Assembly (NCBI RefSeq): GCF_044704955.1
Contig: NC_091995.1
Span: forward strand, 53,878,001 to 53,942,000
Length of the DNA stretch: 64,000 bases
Direction of reading: 5' to 3'
From: Pristiophorus japonicus
Taxonomy: Eukaryota
In this document: in pieces, positions 49,225 to 60,573 of the stretch
Numbering within the stretch: the first letter of the stretch is position 1
Layout: every line of letters starts with the position of its first letter
The notes under the pieces: generated by a model
Database searches by the model: none
What the model saw: only the letters and a program-made list of their open reading frames with translations
Told to the model about the DNA's origin: nothing
Position numbers and translations under genes: made by a program

Positions 49225-52200
49225 TATTATGTTTAAACTGTACCTATGAATGACTCCACGAGGCAATGTGTTGTACTCAAACCGCAGTGACCTTGGTCCT
49301 TTATTCCTAACTCCAGAGCTTTTATACAGCCCCTGCCACCAGGGCAGGACAGGAAACCCCGGTCTTCACCAGTTGCACCCTCCAGTGGTGCCAGCATGTA
49401 TATACATAATGTAAATCTTATAAACAGGTAAACAAATCTCCATCTTATGCAACTATACAATGACTACACAGAGAGTATATCTATAGTCTGCATATATAAT
49501 ATCACTCTCCCCCAAGTCCTTTGTGCCAATTACCTTTGCACTATATGCTCTGGCTTAGCTCTCCCCAGACTTCAGTGCCAATAGCCCTTGCACTTTGGCT
49601 GTGCTTTGGCTTGGCTCTCTCCCTGTTAATCCCCAAGTCCTTTTGCCATAACATTGGGTAGTGGTTACCAGTTTGGATGGTTCAATGATGCAGTGGAGAT
49701 TTCAGTGGGTTCTGGGTGTGATCCATGGCTACATACATCCATTTCCACCTCCCCCCACCACACCCCCACCCCCATCGAGATCATGCAGCTGGCCCGTTAC
49801 ATAAGCATACAGGATCAGACACAGTGCAAGTACAAAGAAAGGGGAAAAAATATATCTTACAGTTTATGTCGTGACACCTTGGTTCAGTGACTTACATTTG
49901 TTACGTTTTACGGCCGTGGGCCAGGATTGGGTAGATTCCATAATTAGTTCAGTCATGGTCAATACTGAGGTAGCTGTATAGGTATATGAGGACGCTAGTT
50001 CCAGAGTAACCGGACGGGGTTCTAGTTGTCTGATGGCGGTGCTGTGCCCCCTGCTAGCGGGTGGGCTTGGTTCACTCATCGTGCCAGGACTCAGGGCCTT
50101 TGCCGTTGCCTAGTGGTGGACAGAGCCACAGATGTGTGTGGCCTTCCTGTCCTCCTTTGAGGGCTGCAGAATCTTCTGCCTGCTCTCTAACGGTGTTAGG
50201 AACCTGGCTGTTCCAGGTCCCGTTTGGGGAACTCATTGGTTCTGACCTTTCACTCCCAGACATGGCCGAGGTAGCGACTGAGTCTGGGGGCTGTGCCGTC
50301 TCCACCCGGGTGGTGGGCAATGGCGGCCGACTGCATATTGGCGCCGCTTTCGTTTCCAGGTGCGTGGTGAATAGTGCCGTCGGGTGCCTGCAGCCTGGGA
50401 TAGACCTGGGGCAGGGTATCAGGATCAGTGCCTTCACCCTCCTGAGGTCGCTGACCTATAACTTGTGGGGACACCTGGGGCAGGGCATCTTTACCCTCCC
50501 GAATTCGCTCACTTGCTACTTTTGGGGACACTCTATTCCCGACATCTCGCAACATTTTGTTCTTTACATTCTTAATCGGTTTGTTACATTGATTTCCAAT
50601 AATACAATGTCTCTTTAAGTTCAGTTAGTTGCAGGTCTCCTTTAAGAGAACCCTGCCAAGTCACGCTGCCCCTCGCTGCAGCAGGGACACCACCTTGCCT
50701 CTCTCCTCGGGGTGGACTGCCCTGATCCTACTCTTCCGCGATTCTGCCGCAAAAGCTGGAAGAGTGCCTGTGAATTCGATCTTCCTCCCCAGGCGTCCAG
50801 CCACTGAAGCCGGGAAGGTACTTTTAGGTCATTAAGGTCAGATAATTGCCACGCAGTCGTGATGGACGGTCTGTGCCTCAGGTGCTGCACTGGTCTGTTC
50901 TCTGGTGCCTGGCCCAAGCGAAGGTGAGGTTTTGCTCTGCCACTGAGCATGGGGGTCATCGATTGCTGGAGTGAAGAGGTCTTCCCATTTCCACTGGATC
51001 TTCCCCATCCACCTTCTTCTGAGTAGCATTGGACCATCACCTGCAACAATCCACAGAGGTAACTTGTGCACCACGCTATTATGGATTACACTTACATCCG
51101 CACTACCAAGGACTGGGATCAGCTCCTTGGTGTAGGTGCGCAACTTTTCCTGAACTGGAACCAGCTCAGGTCATTTTTCATTCCATAGCCTCTCAAAGGC
51201 ACCCTGGCTCATCATTGACTGGCTCACTCCCGTGTCCACCTCCATGAAGACTGAAACGCCGTTTATCTCGACATCCATCTTCACTGGAGGACAATTGGCG
51301 GTGCAGGTATACACTTCAGACACTTCTTCTTGGGGCTGAGCTGCCTCTCTGGCCAAATCATCATACTCCCCGCTGGATTCAAAGTCATCTACCAACCCCT
51401 CTGCTAGATGGTGAGTCGTATTTCTTTTACACATACGCTGGAGGTGGCCCTTCATGTTACAGGCTTTGTATACGTACTCAGCAAACCGACAATGGTGAGC
51501 CCTATGATTTCCTCCGCAACGCCAGCATGGTGCTACTCAATTAGAACCCCTCGGCAGACTCTGAGTTCTGGAACCCTGAGGTCTGTGCTCTCTTCCCTGG
51601 GCAGAGCCACGTTCTACAGTCTTGCCTGTGAAAGGCACCATTCTGTGTACAGTACTTGCCGGGTTTGAGTCCACAGGATGAATGATTTGCTTGGTGCTGC
51701 AGGTCGAGGTCATGAACTCCTGACTGATGCTGATGGCCTTCTGCAGGTTGACTGTGTTGTCGGCAGATAATAGCTTGTGAAGGAGGCCCTCGTGGCCAAT
51801 TCCTATAACGAAGATGTCTCGCAATGCTTCATTGAGGTCCGTGCCAAAATCTCACGGTGCCGCAAGTCTCCTGAGGTCGGCAGCATGTTTTGCAATCTCC
51901 TGGCCCTCAGGTCTGCGGTGAGTGTAGAATCTGTGCCTGGCCGTGAGGATGCTCTCTTTTGATTTAAGTTGATCGCAAATTAGTTCAGTCAGCTCGTCGT
52001 ATGTCTTATCCTTGGCCTTCGTGGGTGCCAGCAAGTCTCTGAAGAGGCGGTAGACCTCAGGCCCACAACTGGTCAGCAGTATAGCCTTGCGCTTCTCTGC
52101 CAATGTGTCCATCTCCCCTGCCAGGTCGTTTGCCACGAAATATAGCTCGAGCCTTTCCGTGAAGGCATCCCAATCATCACCCTCTGCGAAGTCTTTTAGT

Positions 52201-52512
52201 GTGCCAGTTGTTATGTTTGTAATGTACCTATGAATGACTCCACGAGGCAATGTGTTATACTCAGACTGCAGTGACCTTGGTCCTTTATTCCCAACTCAAG
52301 AGTGAGGCAGCCGCTTGCTGGCTCCCCTTTTATACAGCCCCTGCCACCAGGGCAGGAAACCCTTGTATCGACCAGTTGCACCCTCTAGTGGTGCCAACAT
52401 GTATATACACAGTGTAAACCTTATTGACAATACATCAGGTAAACAAGTCTCCATCTTATGCAAATATACAGTGACTACACAGAGAGTAGATCTATAGTCT
52501 GCATATATAACA
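49225..52512 (-). mobile_element. Non-autonomous Gypsy LTR element (gag + protease, pol eroded)
   Basis: LTRs 52512-52209 and 49501-49225, TSD CTAAC on both sides, PPT GGGGGAGAGTGA before the 3' LTR. Gag ORFs 51852-52250 and 51537-51824, protease EVDTG (51171-51455). No RT motif. Confidence 0.93.
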
Positions 52513-53950
52513 CTAACAGAGTGAGGGGAGGGGGTCAAACAAATGGAGTGAGGGGAGGGGTCAAACTAACGGGGAATGAGGTAAGGGGTTAAACTAACAG
52601 TGAGGGGAGGGAGGGTGTCAAACTAACAGAGTGAGGGGAGGGGTTAAACTAACGGCGTGAAGGGAGAGGTCAAACTAACAGAAAGTGAGGCGAGGGGTCA
52701 AACTAACGGAGTGAGGGGAGAAGGTCAAACTAATGGAGTGAGGGGAGGGGTCAAACTAATGGAGTGAGGCGAGGGGTCAAACTAACGGAGTGAGGGGAGG
52801 GGTCAAACTAACGGAGTGAGGGGAGGGGTCAAACTAACGGAGTGAGGGGAGGGGTCAAACTAACGGAGTGAGGGGAGAAGATCAAACTAATGGAGTGAGG
52901 GGAAGGGTCAAACTAATGGAGTGAGGGGAGGGGTCAAACTAATGGAGTGAGGGGAGGGGTCAAACTAACGGAGTGAGGGGAGAAGGTCAAACTAATGCAG
53001 TGAGAGGAGGGGTCAAACTAATGGAGTGAGGCGAGGGGTCAAACTAATGGAGTGAGGGGACGGGTCAAACTAACGGAGTGAGGGGAGGGGTCAAACTAAT
53101 GGAGTGAGGGGATGGGTCAAACTAATGGAGTGAGGCAAGGGGTCAAACTAATGGAGTGAGGGGACGGGTCAAACTAACGGAGTGAGGAGGGGGTCAAACT
53201 AATGGAGTGAGGGGAGGGGTCAAACTAATGGAGTGAGGCGAGGGGTCAAACTAATGGAGTGAGGGGATGGGTCAAACTAACGGAGTGAGGGGAGGGGTCA
53301 AACTAACAGAGTGAGGGGAGGTGTCAAACTAATGGAGTGAGGGGACGGGTCAAACTAATGGAGTGAGGGGACGGGTCAAATTAATGGAGTGAGGGGAGGT
53401 GTCAAACTAACGGAGTGAGGGGAGGGGTCAAACTAGGAGTGAGGCGAGGGGTCAAACTAATGGAGTGAGGGGAGGGGTCAAGCTAATGGAGTGAGGGGAG
53501 GGTCAAACTAACGGAGTGAGGGGAGGAGTCAAAACGGAGTGAGGGGAGGAGTCAAAATGGAGTGAGGGGAGGGGTCAAACTAGGAGTGAATGGAGGGGTC
53601 AAACTAACAGGTAGTGATGGGAGGGGTCAAAACGGAGTGAGGGAGGGGTCAAACTAACGGAGTGAGGGAGGGATCAAACTAACGGAGTGAGGGAAGGGGT
53701 CAAATTAACGGAGTGAGGGAGGGGTCAAACTAACGGAGTGAGGGAAGGGGTCAAACTAACGGAGTGAGGGAATGGGTCAAACTAACGGGGAGTGAGGGGA
53801 GGTGGTCAAACTAACCGAGTGAGGGGAGGGGTCAAACTAACGGAATGAGGGGAGGGTTCAAATTAACAGAGTGAGGGAGGGGTCAAATGAACGGAATGAG
53901 GGGAGGGTTCAAACTAACGGAGTGAGGGGAGGAGAATGAAGGGAGGGGTT
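52513..53950. repeat. 26-bp G-rich minisatellite, main block (~55 copies)
   Basis: GGAGTGAGGGGAGGGGTCAAACTAA(C/T) tandem units. Confidence 0.97.
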
Positions 53951-54199
53951 GAGTGTCTCCCCTGTGTCCCGGTGATGTGAACTGGACTCCGTGCCAGTCA
54001 GAATGCTGGATTCATAATTGATGTCTAGAAGTGAACGATGCTTTCGTTTGACCCATGAATGCCCTTAATTCTACCAGTTCACATTGAATTTGACCTGAAC
54101 CGCTGCCAATTACAAGACCCACAAACCTCTGAGTGAATGAATTAAACCTTTCTTGCCCAATCGTCAAAGGAGAATTCAGACAAGTCAACAATTACCAGC

Positions 54200-55792
54200 G
54201 ATTTGTAGACTAAATGCAGATAAATCCCCTGGACCTGATTGCAGCCTTGGGTCTTAAGAGAAGTAGCAGCAGGGATTGTGGATGCATTGGTTGTAATTTA
54301 CCAAAATGCCTTGGATTCTGGGGGTCCCAGCAGATTGGAAAGCTGCAAATGTAATGCCCCTATTTCAAAAAGGAGGCAGACAAAAAGTAGGAAACTATAG
54401 ACCAGTTAGCCTAACATCTGTGGTTGGGAAAATGTTGGAGTCCATTATTAAAGAACCAGTAGCAGGACATTTGGAAAAGCAAAATTTGGTCAGGCAGAGT
54501 CAGCATGGATTATGAAGGGGAAGTCATGTTTGACAACTTTGCTGGAATTCTTTGAGGATGTAACAAACAGGGTGGATAAAGGGGAATCAGTGGATGTGGT
54601 GTATTTGGACTTCCAGAAGGCATTTGACAAAGTGCCACATAAAAGGTTACTGCACAATATAAAAGTTCACGGGGTTGGAGGTAATATATTAACATGGATA
54701 GAGGATTGGCTAACTAACAGAAAACAGAGAGTCGGAATAAATGATTCATTCTCGGGTTGGCAATCATTACTAAGTGGGGTGCCGCAGGGATCAGCGCTGG
54801 GACCCCAACTATTTACAATCTATATTAACGACTTGGAAGAAAGGACTGAGTGTAACGTAGCCAAGTTTGTTGACGATACAAAGATGGAAGGAAAAGCAAT
54901 GTGTGAGAAGGACACAAAAAACCTGCAAAAGGACATAGACAGGCTAAGTGAGTGGGCAGAAATTTGGCAGATGGAGTATAATGTTGGAAAGAATGAGGTC
55001 ATGCACTTTGACAGAAAAAAAATCAAAGAGCAAGTTATCATTTAAATGGAGAAAGATTGCAAAGTGCTGCAGTACAGCGGGACCTGGGGGTACTTGTGCA
55101 TGAAACACAAAAGGTTAGTGTGCAGGTACAGCAAGTGATCAGGAAGGCCAAAGGTATCTTGGCCTTTATTGCAAAGGGGATGGAGTATAAAAGCAGGGAA
55201 GTCTTACTACAGTTATACAGGGTATTGGTGAGGCCACACCTGGAATACTGCGTGCAGTTTTAGTTTCCATATTTACGAAAGGATATATTTGCTTTGGAGG
55301 CAGTTCAGAGAAGGTTCACTTGGTTGATTCTAGAGATGAGCGGGTTGACTTATGAGGAAAGGTTGAGGAGGTTGGGCCTCTACTCATTGGAATTCAGAAG
55401 GATGAGAGGTGATCTTATCGAAACGTGTAAGATTATGAGGGGGCTTGTCAAGATGGATGCAGAGAGGATGTTTCCACTGATGGGGGAGACTAGAACTAAT
55501 GGGCATGATCTTAGAATAAGGGGCCGCCCATTTAAAACAGAGATGAGGAGAAATTTCTTCTCTCAGAGGGCTGTAAATCTGTGGAATTCGCTGCCTCAGA
55601 GAGCTATGGAAGCTGGGACATTAAATAAATTTAAGACAGAAATAGATAGTTTCTTAAACGATAAGAGGATAAGGGATTATGGGGAATGGGCGGGGAAGTG
55701 GAGCTGAGTCCATGATCGGATCAGCCATGATCTTATTGAATGGTGAGGCAGGCTCGAGGGGCCTACTCCTGTTCCTATTTCTTATGTGCTTA
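54200..55792 (+). mobile_element. CR1 LINE 3' part (RT to tail)
   Basis: ORFs 54306-54515, 54512-55045 ([24 protein letters not shown]), 55057-55263 and 55294-55707; TTTCTTATG tail. Confidence 0.94.
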
Positions 55793-55889
55793 TATGCACG
55801 ACAAAAGCACCACCGCTATCAAAATCATCACAGACATCACCTTTCATGATCATCACCAAATTGTGCATTGCAATGATTCTCATGAGGCC

Positions 55890-57555
55890 ATCATTATTTA
55901 GAGATTCTCCGACGAGGCAAATGCCTCCCTCCTGCAGTAGTTGGAGTCACGCTGGGGTGGGTGTGGGAAACCCATCCCAAAGGTTTACCAGAAGATTTGG
56001 GCTGACATAGCTGAGGTGAACTCGTCAGCAACAAACGAGGTGCGTGAGGGCAGCCAGTGCCGCAAGCGCTGGAACGACCTTGTCGGATCCACCAGAGTAA
56101 GTATTACATTTATTTACATTTACTTATATATTTATATAATTTGAATTGTAAGTGTAATGAGTGATTAAAATCAGATGTGATGTCTTGCACTTATACCAGG
56201 AATGTTTTACTCAAAGCCTGCGTTTACGGTGTATATCTTTAGGTAAATAATGATAATGATCATAATAATAATGATTACATCTGTGGGTTATGTGTTGTAT
56301 CAGTCTCTGTGACAATACCTAGCAATGATCTCACGCAATGATCTCATGCCATGTCGTGCTGGTGTTACCTTTTGCAGAATAAGTTATGGAAGAATAGGGC
56401 CGAGCAGCAGTGCACGGGTGGCGGGCCAACGGTCTTCATTGAGTTCACCGACATCGAGGAGCGGGTGCTGGCACTCGTGGGGAACCACCCCCGGTCAGCC
56501 ACGCAAGCAGCAACAGAACCTGATGTAATGCCACGTGAGTAAAATATACACCATTGCGTGATGTCAAGTCAATAGATGCCACACCCACTCATATCCGAAC
56601 AATAATGTAGGATAGATGATTGATAAAAGTGTTATCTAAATAATAATGGCCACATGAAAATCATTGTAATGCAGAATTTGGTCATGGTCATGAAATGTGA
56701 TGTCTGTGATGATTTTGATAGCGGTAGTGCTTTTGTCGTGCATATGCTGTGTGTAACGCTGGAATCACCTTGTGACCCTAGCACCCCCTTCTCCTCTAAT
56801 AACCTAAGTTATGTTTTGTAGCTCATCCAGCAGCGGGCTCCATGCAACACCACTGAGCCAAGAAGCTGCGGATCCGGCGACCTCGCCCAGGGATTGTCAA
56901 TCTGGTGCTGAGGAGCCCCGAATCTCGCCCGTAGAGCTGCAGGGTGCCTTCTTCACTGATGAGACTGGCGACTTTGAGGAGCTCCATTATCTATGCAACC
57001 CTGATGACATCTAGTGCTCCTGCGGCCATGTTCTCCTCCACCGTGAAGGTAGCGGGCCCAAGCATCTTGCCACAGGCACCCCGAGTGTCTCCATCATGGC
57101 GCGGACCCCGCAGAGGTTGGTTCAATGCAGCAGGACTGCTCCACGAACTGTCCAGGAAGAGTGTTGACATAGGTCAGCAGATCCTCCAGACAGTAGGGGG
57201 CATATCCCAACAGATGGCCAGCATGTCCACCACCATGGCGGAGTATGTGCCGCGTATGGCGGAGGCCCTGGCGATGATAGCCAGGAATATTGGTACCAGA
57301 GGGCTACCAGTGGTCCCGGAGCACGACACTGCACCCTAAGGTGCCACACCCCCATTGCCAACAACACATGTGAGCCAGGAGGAAGGTCTTGCTTCTGGCT
57401 CGGAGGACGTTCCCTCCTCGGGACTGTCCTCTCCAGCAATCGGCCAACCAGCGGCTATGCCGATATCCCTCCCAATGAAGCAGTGCCTGAGGAGCAGTGT
57501 GGCAAAGCGGTTTGGAGTCGGGAGGGGAAGTGGTAGAGGTGGGGAGGAGAAGTGA
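55890..57555 (+). pseudogene. Harbinger Myb/SANT-like DNA-binding gene, spliced, disrupted
   Basis: KIWADIAEVNS..REGSQCRKRWNDL exon ends 56096|GT; exon 56378-56534 (TGGGP..EERVLALVG); acceptor before 56822. In-frame TAG at ~55938. Confidence 0.75.
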
Positions 57556-58010
57556 GGGGGGGCACGGGAGAAGGAAAGTGAGGTGCATGGCTGCAGGAGT
57601 TGCATTGGTCACAGTATTTTTATGTTGTTGTTGCTATTTTGTTGGGAGGTTTGAGGGGAGGGGGGTACCTTGTTATTTTGGATTTGTGTTCTATGTTTAT
57701 GAAGTTTTGTTGGAAATGATAAAAATTTAATGAATGATATAAATTTGTGGTGGTGTGGGGTGTTTTTTACAGTTATAATTATGATTTTATACAAATGTTC
57801 TCATTAAATGTTTATTTCACATAACCTTGTTGCGCATTGTCTCAGATAGCTGCACCGTTACACACTGGTGATCCCTTAACATGAAAGGGGATAATTCAAC
57901 GTCACCTGAATCAACTTAAACTTTAACTGTCACCAAGCTAATGCACACCATTCATTTATGAGCTGCAGACACAGCAGTGTTGCAGCTTTGTAAATATCAC
58001 CAATGTTATT

Positions 58011-58780
58011 TCAAGCAAAGCGCTCATTTATGAGCTGCTGACGTAAGAGTCTTGCAGCTATGGAGCCACCACGGGCCCTTTCCTGCGGTCTAGAGGGGGG
58101 CGGGGGCATGGCTGCATTGTCAGCCTGATTGTCTGCCCTGAGATCAGTGTCCACCTCCTCGTCCTCTCTCTCCTGAGGTGGACTGTCAGACTCATCAGGC
58201 AATTCTTGTCCCCTCCTGATAGCCAAGTTGTGCAGCATGGAGCACACCACCACGAATTGAGCTACCTGCTCAGGGTGGTATTGTAACTCGCCTCCTGAGT
58301 GGTCCAGGCATCTAAAGCACTGCTTAAGCACTCCAATGGTCTTCTCGACGATATTGCGTGTGGCTCTGTGGCTCTCGTTGTATCGCTTCTCGGCTTCTGT
58401 CTGGGTGTTATGCACGGGGTCATCAGCCAGGTCATATCCTTTGTCACCAAGCATCCAGCATTGACCTGTGGCTGACTGGTAAACATGTCAGATACAGTGC
58501 TCTCACGCAGGATGTGAGCCTCATAGATGCATCCCAGAAATTTTGAATTTACTACCATTATAAGTTGTTGGTGGTCAATGAGTTGCACATTCAGGGAGTG
58601 GAAGGTTGGCACCTTGGAGAAGTTTGCAATTCTGGAGAATCCTAGAGCCCTCTCAGTCTGTGCCTCCTTGGTCATAGGGAAGCTGATAAAGTCCTTCCTG
58701 CGTGCGTAAAGGGCTTCAGTGACCTGTTGAAAGCAGCAATGTGTGGCAAGCTGAGATATCACGCAAATGTCGCCAGCTGA
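58011..58780 (-). pseudogene. Harbinger/PIF (HARBI1-like) DDE transposase, C-terminal half, frameshifted
   Basis: FHSLNVQ, AHILRES, LGDKGY, YNESHRATRNIVEKTIGVLKQCFRCL and CSMLHN motifs; convergent with the Myb/SANT gene, as in Harbinger elements. Confidence 0.9.
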
Positions 58781-60573
58781 ATAATGGAAAGTCTAGACCA
58801 ACATGTAGAGCCCCTACATGTGTTATTGCACAAAGGTGAGAACTGGGTATGGGGAAAAAAAACAAGTAATTGCTTTTGAGAAAGCTAGAAACATTTTATG
58901 CTCCAACAAGATGCTTGTATTTTATAACCTGTGTAAAAGACTTGTGCTAGCATGTGACGCTTTGTCGTGCGGAGTCTGGTGCGTATTACAACAAGCTAAT
59001 GTTGCGGGGAAGTTGCAACCTGTCACCTATGCCTCCAGGATCTTGTCTAAGGCCGAGAGGGCCAACAGCATGATTGAGAAAGAGGCATTAGCGTGTGTGT
59101 TCGGTGTAAAGAAAATGCATCAGTAACTGTTTGGCCTCAAATTTGAGCTGGAAACCGATCACAAGCCCCTCATATCCCTGTTCGTTGAAAACAAGGCGAT
59201 AAATACTAATGCCTCAGCCCGAAACAAAGGTGGGCACTCGCGCTATCAGCATATAACTATACCATCCACCACAGGCCAGGCACCGAGAACTGTGCGGATG
59301 CTCGCAGTCATCTACCATTGCCCACCACGGGGGTGGAAATGGCGCAGCCTGCAAACTTGTTGATGGTGGCGCATCCTGCAGACTTGTTGATGGTCATGGA
59401 AGCGTTTGAAAATGATAAATCACCTGTCACGGCTCGCCAGATTAGGACTTGGACCAGCCAAGATCCTCTGCTGTCCCTAGTAAAAAACTGAGTGCATGGG
59501 AGCTGGGCCAGCATCCCCGTTGAAATGCAATCAAGCTGTTCCAGCGGCGAAAGGACGAGCTGTCCATTCAGGCAGACTGCCTGTTGTGGGGTAACCGCGT
59601 AGTGCTACCACGATGAGGAGAAACTTCTTCACCTAGAGAGTGGTGAGCCTGTGGAATTCTCTAGCACAGAAAGTTGTTGAGGCCAATTCACTAAATATAT
59701 TAAAAAAGGAGTTGGATGTAGTCCTTACTACTCGGGGGATCAAGGGGTATGGCAAGAAAGCAGGAATGGTGTCCTGAAGTTGCATGTTCAGCCATAAACT
59801 CATTGAATGATGGTGCAGGCTCGAAGGGCCGACTGGCCTACTCCTGCACCTATTTTCTATATTTCTATGTTTCTATGCTACCAAAAAAGGGCAGGGAGAT
59901 GTTCATCTCGGATCTCCACAGCACACACCCGGGTATAGTAATGATGAAAGCGATAGCCAGATCCCACGTGTGGTGGCCCGGTATCGACTCTGACTTAGAG
60001 TCCTGTGTACGGCAATGCAGCGTATGTGCTCAGTTGAGCAATGCGCCCACAGAGGCACCACTAAGTTTGTGGTCCTGGTCCTCCAGACCATGGTCGAGGA
60101 TGCATGTTGACTATGCGGGCCCGTTTCTTGGTAAAATGTTCCTGGTGGTGGTGGATACTTTCTCAAAATGGATTGAATGTGAAATAATGTCAGGAAGCAC
60201 CGCCACCACCACCATTGAAAGCCTGAGGGCCATGTTTGCCACCCATGCCCTGCCTGACATACCGGTCAGTGACAACGGGCTATGTTTCACCAGTGCCGAA
60301 TTTAAACAATTCATGACCCGCAATGGGATCAAACATGTCACCTCGGCCCCATTTAAACCAGCCTCCAATGGGCAGGCAGAGCGGGCAGTACAAACCATCA
60401 AACAGAGCCTTAAATGAGTCACAGAAAGCTCACTCCAAACCCGCCTGTCCCGAGTACTGCTCAGTTACCGCACGAGACCCCACTCGCTTACAAGGGTGCC
60501 CCCGGCTGAACTAATCATGAAAAGGACACTTACAACCAGCCTCTCGCTGGTTCACCCCAACCTGCACGATCAG
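58781..60573 (+). mobile_element. Gypsy pol fragment (RNase H + integrase)
   Basis: LACDA..YASRIL..EKEALAC (58818-59126); integrase HHCC and D,D35E region (LHSTHPG..CSVC..HVDYAGP..SDNG..SNGQAER, ORF 59749-60417). Confidence 0.92.
59611..59875 (+). mobile_element. Short CR1 3' insertion inside the Gypsy pol fragment
   Basis: Flanked by 8-bp TSD TGCTACCA (59603-59610, 59876-59883); (TTTCTATG)n tail. Confidence 0.9.

Noticed and set aside
52513-53950. Telomeric or interstitial telomeric repeat
   Set aside because: The unit is 26 bp and lacks TTAGGG arrays.
58011-58780. Domesticated host HARBI1 gene
   Set aside because: Frameshifted, truncated and paired with a disrupted Myb/SANT gene, as expected of a dead transposon.
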